A stretch of 43,821 bases of DNA from a virus. Position numbers and translations under genes: made by a program. The notes below the pieces were generated by a model. That model made no database searches. It was not told the origin of the DNA and was given only the letters and a program-made list of their open reading frames with translations. Each line of letters begins with the position of its first letter. Positions within the stretch are counted from its first letter, which is position 1. Below are positions 35,486 through 43,821 of the stretch, in pieces. The stretch lies in the UHGV virus genome UHGV-0374465; one strand, written 5' to 3'.

Positions 35486-36208
35486 ATGAGATACGTAGGA
35501 AGTAAAAACAGATTAAGCAAAGAGTTAGCGCCAATCATTCAAAGTTACATTACAGATGATACAAACGCATATATTGAACCATTTGTAGGAGGTGCTAACA
35601 TGATTGACAAAATAAAACATCATACTAAAATAGGTAGTGATTTACACAAGGAGTTAATTGCATTACTAAATAAAGCAAAATATGATGTAAACAGTATACC
35701 TGATATAATAAGCCTAGAATATCATAACGCAGTTAAAAATAATAGGGCTAGCTACCCTGATTGGGAGGTAGGATTGATAGGTTTCTGTAGCTGTTTTGGA
35801 GCAGACTTCATGAAAGGTTATGCTAGAAATAAAAAAGGTGATAATAGCGGAGAGTGGTCAGCTGGGGCTATTAAAAATTTAAAAAAACAATCTGCACTCT
35901 TTAAAGACATTACCTTTGAATGTAAGTCATTTACTGATTATGACTCTAATGGTTATGAAAATTGTGTATTTTATTTAGATCCACCGTATAGAGAGGTACA
36001 TGGGTATTCAACTGGTAAATTTTCATATGAAGAATTTGATAAGTGGGCTATTGAACTAGCTAAAAACAACACAGTACTAATTAGCGAATATGAAATGCCA
36101 GAAGAATATTTTGAATGTATCTGGAGTAAAGAGGTTAAAGTAGGTATTAGTAGACAGGGAGATATAAAAAATAATAAACGAGTTGAAAAATTATTCAAAG
36201 TACGTTAA
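35486..36208 (+). CDS. Dam-like N6-adenine DNA methyltransferase (D12 class)
   Basis: MRYVGSKNRL..., motif I EPFVGGANM, motif IV LDPPY. Confidence 0.75.
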   Translation: MRYVGSKNRLSKELAPIIQSYITDDTNAYIEPFVGGANMIDKIKHHTKIGSDLHKELIALLNKAKYDVNSIPDIISLEYHNAVKNNRASYPDWEVGLIGFCSCFGADFMKGYARNKKGDNSGEWSAGAIKNLKKQSALFKDITFECKSFTDYDSNGYENCVFYLDPPYREVHGYSTGKFSYEEFDKWAIELAKNNTVLISEYEMPEEYFECIWSKEVKVGISRQGDIKNNKRVEKLFKVR

Positions 36209-36222
36209 GAGGAGGAAATAAA

Positions 36223-36444
36223 ATGATTAAAATTTATACTAAAAACAACTGCATGCCTTGTAAAACGACTAAGAACTGGTTCAAAGGAAAAGGACATACA
36301 TTTACTGAGGTTAACGTTGATGACAACTTAGAAGGGTTAAATGAATTACTTACTATGAATCTAAAAACACTACCTGTGGTGTTTTTAGATGGTGAGTTTG
36401 TGAGTATGGGGTTTGCACCAAACAAATGGGAAGAATTTAAGTAG
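36223..36444 (+). CDS. Glutaredoxin-like protein (NrdH family)
   Basis: 73 aa, CMPC active-site motif, thioredoxin-fold pattern. Confidence 0.7.
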   Translation: MIKIYTKNNCMPCKTTKNWFKGKGHTFTEVNVDDNLEGLNELLTMNLKTLPVVFLDGEFVSMGFAPNKWEEFK

Positions 36445-36456
36445 GGAGGAAGATTA

Positions 36457-37152
36457 GTGTTGATTACATTAGCTGGAGTAATTGGGGTAGGTAAGTCCTC
36501 AATGACACAATTATTAAGTGAGTTACTGGAGACTAAAGCAGTATATGAACCAGTTGAGGACAATCCTCTACTGGAAAAGTTCTACGCAGACAAGAAAAAG
36601 TATGGTTTTCTATTTCAAATTGACATGTTATCCAAGCGTTTTGAACTTATTCAGGAAGCTATGAGTGTTAAAAATGGAATTCTTGATCGTTCAATTTATG
36701 AGGATTCTATCTTTTTAAAGCAGTTATATGATGAAGGTGCTGTGAACAAGCTAGAGTTAGATGTTTATACGAAACTGTTAAATCGTATGTTAAAAGAACT
36801 AGAACCATTACCTAAGAAATCGCCTGATTTGATGATTGTTTTAAATTGTAGTTTTGATGAAGAGATTAAACGCATTAATAAACGAGCAAGAGATTTTGAA
36901 AAGGTTGAAGAAGGTACTGAACTATATGAATACTTCAGAGACCATCACGCTAATTATCAAGAGTGGATGAATAAAGATTTAGGCTTCCCTAAATTAATTA
37001 TAGATGTAACATCTCTTGACTATGTTAATAATCAAGAACATCGTATGAAAGTATTAATGATGATTCTAGATAAATTATTCCATGTAGGAGCAATTAGTGG
37101 TGATGAACACACCTATTTCTCTCAAAAACTGTGTCTCTCACGAGCATTCTAA
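36457..37152 (+). CDS. Deoxynucleoside kinase
   Basis: P-loop GVIGVGKSS and a DRSIYEDS (ERS-like) motif. GTG start. Confidence 0.75.
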   Translation: MLITLAGVIGVGKSSMTQLLSELLETKAVYEPVEDNPLLEKFYADKKKYGFLFQIDMLSKRFELIQEAMSVKNGILDRSIYEDSIFLKQLYDEGAVNKLELDVYTKLLNRMLKELEPLPKKSPDLMIVLNCSFDEEIKRINKRARDFEKVEEGTELYEYFRDHHANYQEWMNKDLGFPKLIIDVTSLDYVNNQEHRMKVLMMILDKLFHVGAISGDEHTYFSQKLCLSRAF

Positions 37153-37164
37153 GCACTTTAAATT
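37128..37164 (+). repeat. Direct repeat copy 1 flanking the lysis cassette (24 bp perfect core TGTGTCTCTCACGAGCATTCTAAG + TTTAAATT)
   Basis: Lies in the last codons of the kinase gene. Copy 2 is at 38919..38955. Confidence 0.7.
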
Positions 37165-37200
37165 AATCAAACAATGTAATTACCCAATTAAATACAAAAG

Positions 37201-37228
37201 AAAACCACTGGATTAACCAGTGGTTTTT
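37201..37228. terminator. Bidirectional rho-independent terminator between the convergent early and late units
   Basis: AAAACCACTGG-atta-ACCAGTGGTTTTT, with an A-tract and a T-tract on either side. Confidence 0.7.
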
Positions 37229-37229
37229 A

Positions 37230-38255
37230 TTATAAACTCAAATAGATTGAGTCAATTCGTACATCGTTTACTGCGCCTTCACCATTAGATTTATTAGCTC
37301 TACGTAAAATCACATCTACTTTTTTACCTTTGAACTGATTCTTATTGACTGTTACATCAAAACCAAGTTCTTGCCCACCTTGATAGCCATATGCTTTCTT
37401 CACATCTGGGCGTTTAATGCCTCGAGATTGTACACGTGTCAATTCTTTATTTGTTCCATGTTGCATGAAGATGACATAAGCATATGTTCCAATTGGGCCT
37501 TGTGGTTTATCAGGAACCAACCAGCCAGCCACACGAATTTGGTCTTTACCATGACCATTAAAGTAGTCTAGTTTACCCCAGGCATTACCTTGATGTTTTG
37601 CTGGGCTTGCAGATACTGCCTTATCATGTTGGCTAGGTGTTGAAGGTGTTACGTTTGCTCCACTTGGAGGTGTTTGTCCACTTGTAGATGGCGCTTTGCC
37701 GTCTGGTTTCAAACTAGGGTTATTATAATACTTAAGAACGTTTTTAATCACATAGTCCTTCATTGCATTAGTTACATTAGCTGGCTGAGCTTGTGTTGAG
37801 TTGAAACCAGTGTGAATAATCAATGAACGTTTAGGACATTGTGTGGCTGAAAACTCATGATGTAAACGTACAGTGTTGCGGTTAACAGGTAATCCATAAT
37901 ATTTCAAATCTTGAGCAATCTGCCAGAATGTGTTTTCTTCTGCTTGCAAGAAGTCTTTTAACGGTGTTTGATCGTTACCACACACTTCGTAACCAATATA
38001 GTTTGTATTACCATCGCTGTTTGCCGTATGCCAAGCAGCATTATAGGTATCTTCAGTACGCCAAATTGTATTCTTATCAATGTAGTAATGAGCAAATCCA
38101 GCAGCTAACTGATTATTGTTCATTGCGGCTAAACGATTAGCTTCTTGTTTAGCTGTTGAGTTACCCCATGTATTATGAAATACTACACCTTTCACTGCGC
38201 CTGGTCTACGTCCAGCCACACCACGTGTAACTGTTTTGTTGATGATTTCCACCAT
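37230..38255 (-). CDS. Endolysin: N-acetylmuramoyl-L-alanine amidase (Amidase_2/PGRP) with a C-terminal cell-wall-binding domain
   Basis: GVVFHNTWGNSTAKQEANRLAAM...CPKRS amidase_2 core. Pro/Ser/Thr linker, then a C-terminal domain. Confidence 0.85.
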   Translation of the reverse strand: MVEIINKTVTRGVAGRRPGAVKGVVFHNTWGNSTAKQEANRLAAMNNNQLAAGFAHYYIDKNTIWRTEDTYNAAWHTANSDGNTNYIGYEVCGNDQTPLKDFLQAEENTFWQIAQDLKYYGLPVNRNTVRLHHEFSATQCPKRSLIIHTGFNSTQAQPANVTNAMKDYVIKNVLKYYNNPSLKPDGKAPSTSGQTPPSGANVTPSTPSQHDKAVSASPAKHQGNAWGKLDYFNGHGKDQIRVAGWLVPDKPQGPIGTYAYVIFMQHGTNKELTRVQSRGIKRPDVKKAYGYQGGQELGFDVTVNKNQFKGKKVDVILRRANKSNGEGAVNDVRIDSIYLSL

Positions 38256-38271
38256 GTTATCACTCTCTTTC

Positions 38272-38553
38272 TTATTTCTTTGGTTCTGTATAGTTTAATG
38301 CTTTTTCACTATCTGTAATACCTTTAGTTGTTGGGTCTGGAATCATGTTTAATGCATTAATTACCGTTAATCCTAAAACATAAGGATTGCTTACCGCTCT
38401 GACTAATACATCCAATAATGTATCAAAGGATGTAATATCCTCAAACTTCAAACCAAAGTAAGCTAGGATAGGTACTGCTAATGCGCCAATAAAACGCAAG
38501 ATAAATGTTAGGTTGTCTTTGCTAAAACGAACTTTCCAGTTGATTTTTTTCAT
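38272..38553 (-). CDS. Holin (phiLC3/Phage_holin_1 family)
   Basis: MKKINWKVRFSKDNLTFILRFIGALAVPILAYFGL... Adjacent to the endolysin. Confidence 0.8.
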   Translation of the reverse strand: MKKINWKVRFSKDNLTFILRFIGALAVPILAYFGLKFEDITSFDTLLDVLVRAVSNPYVLGLTVINALNMIPDPTTKGITDSEKALNYTEPKK

Positions 38554-38565
38554 TCTACATCACTC

Positions 38566-38844
38566 CTATTTCATAAATAAGGATAAACCAATACTAACTA
38601 GTGCTCCAATAACTGCGCCAACAGTTGTACGTGTTAACCATGTATAGCTGTTTTTGAGGTCAGCTAATGCCTCTCTATTCTGCATGGACATGCTGTAAGC
38701 CTTATCTGCTTTCTCAGATTGGCGTTCTAAGCGGCTTCCATACTCTTTTAAGTCAGCTTTAATCTCAGGTATATCATCAAGTTTAACCTCAATTCTTGCT
38801 AACTGTTCCTTTAATGACACAAACTCCTTATCGTTTAAGTTCAT
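38566..38844 (-). CDS. XhlA-like protein (coiled-coil N-terminus, C-terminal TM)
   Basis: 92 aa, upstream of the holin. Confidence 0.6.
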   Translation of the reverse strand: MNLNDKEFVSLKEQLARIEVKLDDIPEIKADLKEYGSRLERQSEKADKAYSMSMQNREALADLKNSYTWLTRTTVGAVIGALVSIGLSLFMK

Positions 38845-38918
38845 AGCAAAACACTCCTATTCATTTATCACCTCGTTTCCTAGGTCTGTAATCATTATAA
38901 CATCTATATAAGCGAAAT

Positions 38919-38955
38919 AGTGTGTCTCTCACGAGCATTCTAAGGCGTTTAAATT
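38919..38955 (+). repeat. Direct repeat copy 2 flanking the lysis cassette
   Basis: agTGTGTCTCTCACGAGCATTCTAAGgcgTTTAAATT. Perfect 24 bp core match to 37130-37153. Confidence 0.7.
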
Positions 38956-38994
38956 TTATTAGGTGGGTTATTATGCGTTTAAGAGCAAATAAAT

Positions 38995-39020
38995 AGCCCT
39001 CAAAAAGAGGGTTATTTTTG
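38995..39020. terminator. Hairpin AGCCCTC-aaaaa-GAGGGTT followed by ATTTTTG. A possible terminator overlapping the stop of the 89 aa gene.
   Basis: 7 bp stem (one G-U wobble), T-run on the plus strand, T-rich on the minus strand. Confidence 0.4.
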
Positions 39021-39281
39021 ATTTATAATATTAGTAAGCTCCTCAACACGTTTAGTTAAATCTTCTACTTGTTGTTTCAGGTCATCCTCGTTAGTTGTAT
39101 CCTTAACTTCCTGCCATTCACTCACGATAGATTGTAAAAATTGATCCATTTCAGGTGGTGAGTTATGATACACTTCTGTAAGACACTGGTTGAATAATTC
39201 TTTAATATATCCAGTAAGTGGTTCATCATTTTCTAGACATCTATTAATATACTCCTGTTTAAATACTTCTCTAATATCCAT
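39012..39281 (-). CDS. Hypothetical acidic coiled-coil protein (89 aa)
   Basis: AGGAGG RBS + ATG at 39281 (MDIREVFKQEY). Preferred over the track's start at 39326. Confidence 0.45.
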   Translation of the reverse strand: MDIREVFKQEYINRCLENDEPLTGYIKELFNQCLTEVYHNSPPEMDQFLQSIVSEWQEVKDTTNEDDLKQQVEDLTKRVEELTNIINQK

Positions 39282-39291
39282 TTTAAACCTC

Positions 39292-41127
39292 CTAAATATT
39301 TCCAGCAATAAAATTACATTGCACATTTAACCACGAACCAGGGTTAACATCAACTATGGTATATGAAGAACCGTTCCAACCACCCATGTTATACATATAC
39401 ATTCTACCATTATTATTTATTTGTAATACATATCTAGTGACCCCACTCCCAGGTACTACAAAACGTACTGTACCAGAAGGTCTATATCCAACAGGTAGTG
39501 TTCCCATATATAGTGGTTCGTGACCAACATTGGCTGGTACTTTATTCTTGTTTTTAAAAGCACCATACAATTGTACTGTTCTCATATATCGTTCCGCTGA
39601 CGGTTCTTGACCTACTGAATATGGTTCAAAGTCTGGTCCATATTCAGTAATCTCTTTTTTTGGTAAGGTCATCAAATCTTGATATCCTAGATGAACCATT
39701 CCAAATTGACTATGGTGTTCTTTATTATATATATCTATTCCTGTAGCTCCAAATGTGGAACTTGCAGCTACTAAACCATCTGCGCCATTTTGTACTGATT
39801 CAATATTTACACCGTTCCATGTTTGACGACCGCTAGCTAAGAATGCCCCTGTTTCAGTATCATTGATATTGTACTGTGTTTCCACGATTCCACGTTGAAT
39901 GGTGGTATTACCTGTCAAAGTGGCGTCTGTGCCAACTGGTTCTGTAAAGGTGTTATTGAACTCACCACCATTTATAATACTACCATTGATCTCAGCACCA
40001 CTAATTTCACCACCCTCAATTACACTACCTGTAAGGTGTGAACCTTGAATCGTTTTACCAATGATCGTTTCAGCAATTACAGAACTTTCAAATGGTATTT
40101 CAACCCACGTACCACCTTTAGCTTCATACACACCAGTTACTTTGCCAGAAACCACTTTATACCAGATGTCACCTTCATTGAAGTCTGTTGGCTCTGTTTC
40201 ACCAGTGAACAGTTGTCCATCTGCCCCATCTTCACCTTGTCTAGCTACTGTGTAGGACTCAGCTTTTGTACCATTAGTGTAATTCAATGTGACACGTGTC
40301 CATAGGTATTGACCTCCGCTTATAGAAGGGATAGTGCTAGTCCATCCAGTAGACGGAGGTGTTGTTGAGTTAGTTGACTTATTATACTCAATGAGTGTAG
40401 TAGAAATTCCTACACCGTTAGTACCATTAGAGCCGTTTGCTCCTTGTCTAGCTACTGTATAGCCTTGTTCAGTAGTGTTATCAGTGTATGTCCATGTGGT
40501 GCGTGTCCATAGGTACTGACCTGGTGGAACAGTAGGTACTGTTGTAGCCCATCCACTGGTAGGTCTAATTGTACCACTCGTATTAACAGCATATTCAATT
40601 ACAGTGGTTTTAATACCTACCCCATCTTTACCAGCTATACCATCATTACCTTTAACACCATCTTGTCCCATTCTAGCTACTGAGTAACCTGTTTCAGAAC
40701 TTGAATCAGTGTACGTCCACACCGTTTTAGTCCATAGATACTGACCTGCTGGAACAGTTGGTACTTGAGATTGCCACCCTGTAGCTGGAGGTATACTTGC
40801 ATTAGTATGACCAGCGTATGTGATACTGGTTGATTGTAGACCCACCCCATCTTTACCAGCTATTCCATCCTTACCAGAGTCGCCTTTTGTACGTTGCCAT
40901 TCATATTTACTAGGGTCTGTTGAATCTATCATTTCAAAATCTGTATAGTAACCAGTATAGGCCCTGTTCGTTGCGTCTGTCGTACTAAAATCTACTCCAC
41001 CATCTGCACTATTAGAATAGGCAATGTGTACATAACTGGTTTTACCGTCATCACCCTTTTCACCCTTCATACCAACCTCTTCTGGGTCATAGTTTGGTAA
41101 TATATAATCTGATTTGATTGTTGCCAT
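39292..41127 (-). CDS. Receptor-binding protein / tail fibre with collagen-like G-X-Y stretches and three tandem ~75 aa repeats
   Basis: GDSGKDGIAGKDGVGL, GNDGIAGKDGVGI, GANGSNGTNGVGI. Repeat units contain TGWxSxVPTVPxGQYLWTxTxWTYTD. Confidence 0.7.
   Translation of the reverse strand: MATIKSDYILPNYDPEEVGMKGEKGDDGKTSYVHIAYSNSADGGVDFSTTDATNRAYTGYYTDFEMIDSTDPSKYEWQRTKGDSGKDGIAGKDGVGLQSTSITYAGHTNASIPPATGWQSQVPTVPAGQYLWTKTVWTYTDSSSETGYSVARMGQDGVKGNDGIAGKDGVGIKTTVIEYAVNTSGTIRPTSGWATTVPTVPPGQYLWTRTTWTYTDNTTEQGYTVARQGANGSNGTNGVGISTTLIEYNKSTNSTTPPSTGWTSTIPSISGGQYLWTRVTLNYTNGTKAESYTVARQGEDGADGQLFTGETEPTDFNEGDIWYKVVSGKVTGVYEAKGGTWVEIPFESSVIAETIIGKTIQGSHLTGSVIEGGEISGAEINGSIINGGEFNNTFTEPVGTDATLTGNTTIQRGIVETQYNINDTETGAFLASGRQTWNGVNIESVQNGADGLVAASSTFGATGIDIYNKEHHSQFGMVHLGYQDLMTLPKKEITEYGPDFEPYSVGQEPSAERYMRTVQLYGAFKNKNKVPANVGHEPLYMGTLPVGYRPSGTVRFVVPGSGVTRYVLQINNNGRMYMYNMGGWNGSSYTIVDVNPGSWLNVQCNFIAGNI
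40270..40930 (-). repeat. Intragenic tandem DNA repeats (3 x ~225 bp) within the RBP gene
   Basis: Recurring gtgcgtgtccataggtaYtgacct... blocks on the plus strand. They encode the three protein repeats. Confidence 0.6.
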
Positions 41128-41139
41128 TTATGTTCCTCC

Positions 41140-42564
41140 TCAATAATTTAAAGTTACTTCATATTTGAATTGTGACTCATTATCAGATGTCACAGTAATT
41201 ACCCTACCTGTTTTGGTAAAGTTTGCGTCTAGTGTACCATCTGACTTATACCTGGACCATGTGAAATTACTTTCGTTAAAACTACTAGTAACATCTCTAC
41301 CAGCCCACTTTATTTTGGCACTAAGTGTGATTGTAGTGTTTCCATCTTGTGTTTTACCTCCAATAAACAACGGTGAAGAGGCTTCAATAAATATTTCATA
41401 AGGTATCTTAGAATTCAGGTCATTTTTCAAATCATTTGCCAAATCCAGTAATTCTTTTGATAATCCTGAATCAATAATTTTGAAATCAGACAGTTCAACA
41501 TTAAGAGTGTTTGTTGTATAATGATATTCTATTTTTTGACACCTACTAGATAGAAATAATTCTTCGTATTCATCCACAATGTTTAACGTATCCCCTAGAT
41601 TAATAGGAACATCAATGTTTGCAATATCAACTTCATACTCTGTAATAGGACTACTGTATTTTTTTAATTCTGAAATACCATCATTTAATAAGCTTTGTTT
41701 ATCTGTTGAGGTATAGGTTTTGTATCTAACTATAAAATTAGCTTGTGTATTTGTTCTTGACCAGTGATGAGCATTTTCTAAATCGATCAACATGCCGTCA
41801 TTCTGGCGGAGTATAAACCTTCCATCTGGATCAGTCCATTTATACCCTTTTAAATCTACTGGCTTGTCACTACCTTCTGGAGTACCACCTTTTATAATCA
41901 ATGCGTTGTGTAAATCATAAATATTTTCTTTAGTTATTATTGAGTTTATATCCTTATTAACGTATAATTTAATATTATTATCACGCCCTCGTTTTTTTAA
42001 AATGTTTATTTTACGTTGTATTAAATTATTACCATTAAACTCAAACGAAAATTCTAACTCAGCATTGTCAAACTGCGTTGCTACTGATAATATACGCTCT
42101 AAGCACGTAGCTTCGCCTTCCCACTCTAATGTGCGTGTTAAATTTGGTATTTCATTGATACCAATTACCCAGCCACTGTCATATACAAAACGTTCTATAT
42201 ATGCTTGTATTGTATATGGTTGCGTCGCTTTATACTCACTAACTGTTTCATTTATTAAATCAATAGAGGCACTTTCACATTCAATGGTACGTGTATTCAT
42301 TAATGGATTGTGTTCTACTGACATAATGGTTTGCCAAATATAATTGTTTTGAGGGTCAAGATATAACACATAATCACCTACAGAAACCAGTTTTTTGATT
42401 AGTGCACTATCTGTTTTTTTAAACCCTAATGTTAACGTTAAGTTTCTTGATGCAGTAGACAACACATTAGTGTCTACTGCATCAATCACGCTCACAGGTG
42501 TACTTCCATGTGTACTAACAATTGTTTTAAGTTTAAACTTCCTATCAGTTATATAAAAATCCAT
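41140..42564 (-). CDS. Tail-associated protein / baseplate hub (Tal, prophage-tail endopeptidase-like N-domain)
   Basis: 474 aa directly after the Dit and before the RBP. N-terminus MDFYITDRKFKLKTIVSTHG... is typical of the Tal gp27-like domain. Confidence 0.55.
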   Translation of the reverse strand: MDFYITDRKFKLKTIVSTHGSTPVSVIDAVDTNVLSTASRNLTLTLGFKKTDSALIKKLVSVGDYVLYLDPQNNYIWQTIMSVEHNPLMNTRTIECESASIDLINETVSEYKATQPYTIQAYIERFVYDSGWVIGINEIPNLTRTLEWEGEATCLERILSVATQFDNAELEFSFEFNGNNLIQRKINILKKRGRDNNIKLYVNKDINSIITKENIYDLHNALIIKGGTPEGSDKPVDLKGYKWTDPDGRFILRQNDGMLIDLENAHHWSRTNTQANFIVRYKTYTSTDKQSLLNDGISELKKYSSPITEYEVDIANIDVPINLGDTLNIVDEYEELFLSSRCQKIEYHYTTNTLNVELSDFKIIDSGLSKELLDLANDLKNDLNSKIPYEIFIEASSPLFIGGKTQDGNTTITLSAKIKWAGRDVTSSFNESNFTWSRYKSDGTLDANFTKTGRVITVTSDNESQFKYEVTLNY

Positions 42565-42575
42565 AGTAAATCCTC

Positions 42576-43821
42576 CTACAAATAACTTTCTTCAACAACA
42601 CAAATAACTTCCGCAGGGTTTGCCCAACTTGAAACAATAGGTTGTATAGTTGTTTCTCCTAAATCTAATCTAAATTTCTCCCATTGGTTACCAACCACGT
42701 TAAGCTCATTGTTTATAACCCCATTTACTAGAATTTGTCTAGACTTAACATCTATTTCAATTATATCTCCATCTTGGAAATAATTTCTAATATTTTGAAC
42801 TACAGGGGTACTTATCCAACGGAATTGAGTATCAGTAACAAATGGACGTATATAATTTGAGTTTTCATAACGTTCAGTCCAAACGCCCCAATACTTGATT
42901 GGTGTAGTGTCCTCTTCGTCCAAGTTATAATCAAATACAACTTGTTTGTCTATTACAACAGTATTGTTATTGGTTATACCTTTTACTTGAACAAGTCTCC
43001 ATTTTAAAGATTTCTTATAACGATACATGTTTATTTCAAAGAAATCTTTTGTAAATTCTTTACGTGACACCGTTATTGATTTCAATAGTTTACCTTTATA
43101 CCAGCACTCCATAACCATGTTGGTGTTCGTTGTAGCTGAATCCCTTAGTACAAAACCTAGATAATTTTCAACATTATCATCTGAAATAACATACTCTATA
43201 CGTCCTCTGTGTTTCTGACCTGGTGTATAGAATCTAAAGCGATTGTGTGTGCTAAATTCTCCGTTTCTATTACCTGTTGAATCCAATGGAATAGCGTGTC
43301 TTAATGTAGGGCCATGCCACACATCTTTTGTTTCTCCTGGTCTCCAAACAGGTAGCGCACTATCAACATCTAAGTCCATATTCCAAGACCCTTGTATGAT
43401 ATTTGGAGTATTGTGATTGTTTGACATATATGGATAGCTTGAACCAATAGGGGCATTCACTTCCATATTTGTTGGTAACTGACTACCATAAAAGCTCCAC
43501 GAAACCACTTGTTGACTGACCACGTTTGTTACATTATCCACTTCCTCAGGATTTCCAAACTGTAAAACGGAGCCATCATCTTTAGCTAACGCAACTAGAC
43601 CATTTTCACCTTGTGTTGTGAAGATGAAACGAGGTGTTGTTTTGTAAGTACCATTGTTTTTTACTTTCAGTAAATCTGAAATGCCAGTCGTTGAGGGTTC
43701 ATAAGTAATCACCTGATAGTAGCTTGGGTCATATGTCCAATGATAATCTTTTGGATTATTTGACGGAGCTGGTGCGATTCCTTCATATTTGTAGTATGGA
43801 ATATTAGGAGTTCTAGTATCT
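42576..43821 (-). CDS. Evolved Dit, C-terminal 414 aa. Continuation of the ORF starting at 1880 across the window junction.
   Basis: No stop between 43821 and the track's GTG at 43712. The frame matches the 2-nt remainder at positions 2-1 (gg + a gives GGA). Confidence 0.55.
   Translation of the reverse strand, partial: DTRTPNIPYYKYEGIAPAPSNNPKDYHWTYDPSYYQVITYEPSTTGISDLLKVKNNGTYKTTPRFIFTTQGENGLVALAKDDGSVLQFGNPEEVDNVTNVVSQQVVSWSFYGSQLPTNMEVNAPIGSSYPYMSNNHNTPNIIQGSWNMDLDVDSALPVWRPGETKDVWHGPTLRHAIPLDSTGNRNGEFSTHNRFRFYTPGQKHRGRIEYVISDDNVENYLGFVLRDSATTNTNMVMECWYKGKLLKSITVSRKEFTKDFFEINMYRYKKSLKWRLVQVKGITNNNTVVIDKQVVFDYNLDEEDTTPIKYWGVWTERYENSNYIRPFVTDTQFRWISTPVVQNIRNYFQDGDIIEIDVKSRQILVNGVINNELNVVGNQWEKFRLDLGETTIQPIVSSWANPAEVICVVEESYL

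Noticed and set aside
21305-36563. Minus-strand ORFs within the early unit (21305..21508, 21704..21898, 22196..22597, 23570..23866, 24768..24971, 25005..25319, 25656..25844, 25926..26114, 26486..26683, 26749..26931, 28409..28594, 29607..29861, 30756..31105, 31557..31760, 33285..33473, 33839..34195, 35319..35534, 35971..36198, 36234..36563)
   Set aside because: They are antisense to strongly supported plus-strand genes, without RBSs, and so are spurious.
37560-37720. Internal in-frame start for a separate cell-wall-binding-domain product of the endolysin (as in some enterococcal and clostridial lysins)
   Set aside because: No in-frame ATG/GTG with an RBS in the linker. The only ATG there is out of frame.
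37371-41401. Plus-strand ORFs within the lysis and tail genes (37371..37571, 37928..38140, 40045..40305, 40061..40255, 41165..41401, 42002..42343)
   Set aside because: They are antisense to the endolysin, RBP, Tal and Dit genes, with no translation signals.

Overview
The window reads as a complete, circularly permuted ~43.8 kb genome of a virulent siphovirus of a low-GC Gram-positive host (Lactobacillales-like). The host assignment rests on about 35% GC by eye, strong AGGAGG ribosome-binding sites, a phiLC3-type holin and an XhlA-like protein; it is a guess. I found no integrase, repressor, tRNA or CRISPR array.

The genome is organised as two divergent transcription units separated by a ~480 bp control region (17321-17800).

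- **Leftward unit (minus strand, 17320 down to 1, then wrapping from 43821 down to 37230):** a classic HNH-cos late module. It runs HNH endonuclease, P27-type TerS, TerL, portal, S78 prohead protease and an HK97-like major capsid protein with a long acidic N-terminus. These are followed by gp6-like, head-closure and HK97 gp10-like proteins, a tail terminator candidate and the major tail protein. Next come the G/G-T tail chaperones with an A_AAA_AAG -1 frameshift site and a 1522 aa tape measure protein carrying SLT and M23 peptidase domains. The unit then crosses the window junction as a ~1041 aa evolved Dit. It continues with a Tal, a collagen-like receptor-binding protein with three tandem ~75 aa repeats, an XhlA-like protein, a holin and an amidase_2 endolysin.
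- **Rightward unit (plus strand, 17801-37152):** about 45 early and replication genes. Those I can assign are a D5/P4-type primase-helicase, a VRR-NUC nuclease, an SNF2-like helicase, a PrimPol, a family B DNA polymerase and two orphan DNA methyltransferases (a beta-class DPPY enzyme and a Dam-like D12-class enzyme). Also present are an MBL-fold hydrolase, DUF3310, a degenerate HNH-like protein, a TM2-domain protein, NrdH and a deoxynucleoside kinase.

The non-coding architecture is the most interesting part.

1. A ~600 bp element sits between terS and terL. It has two duplicated ~150 bp units, each ending in an ACTAGT-containing palindromic hairpin. Two helices show compensatory base changes between the copies. 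The element is bounded by an extended -10 promoter and a rho-independent terminator, so it is a candidate structured RNA or packaging-site element.
2. The switch region has five TTTTGTCACT boxes arranged as inverted pairs flanking each divergent promoter, plus a perfect 24 bp palindrome centred on TATAAT.
3. A family of at least ten early sigma-A promoters shares a conserved leader, several with a hairpin placed between the -35 and -10 boxes.
4. The 11-mer TATG(C/A)TATAAT recurs six times, five of them upstream of key late genes.
5. A perfect 24 bp direct repeat brackets the lysis cassette.
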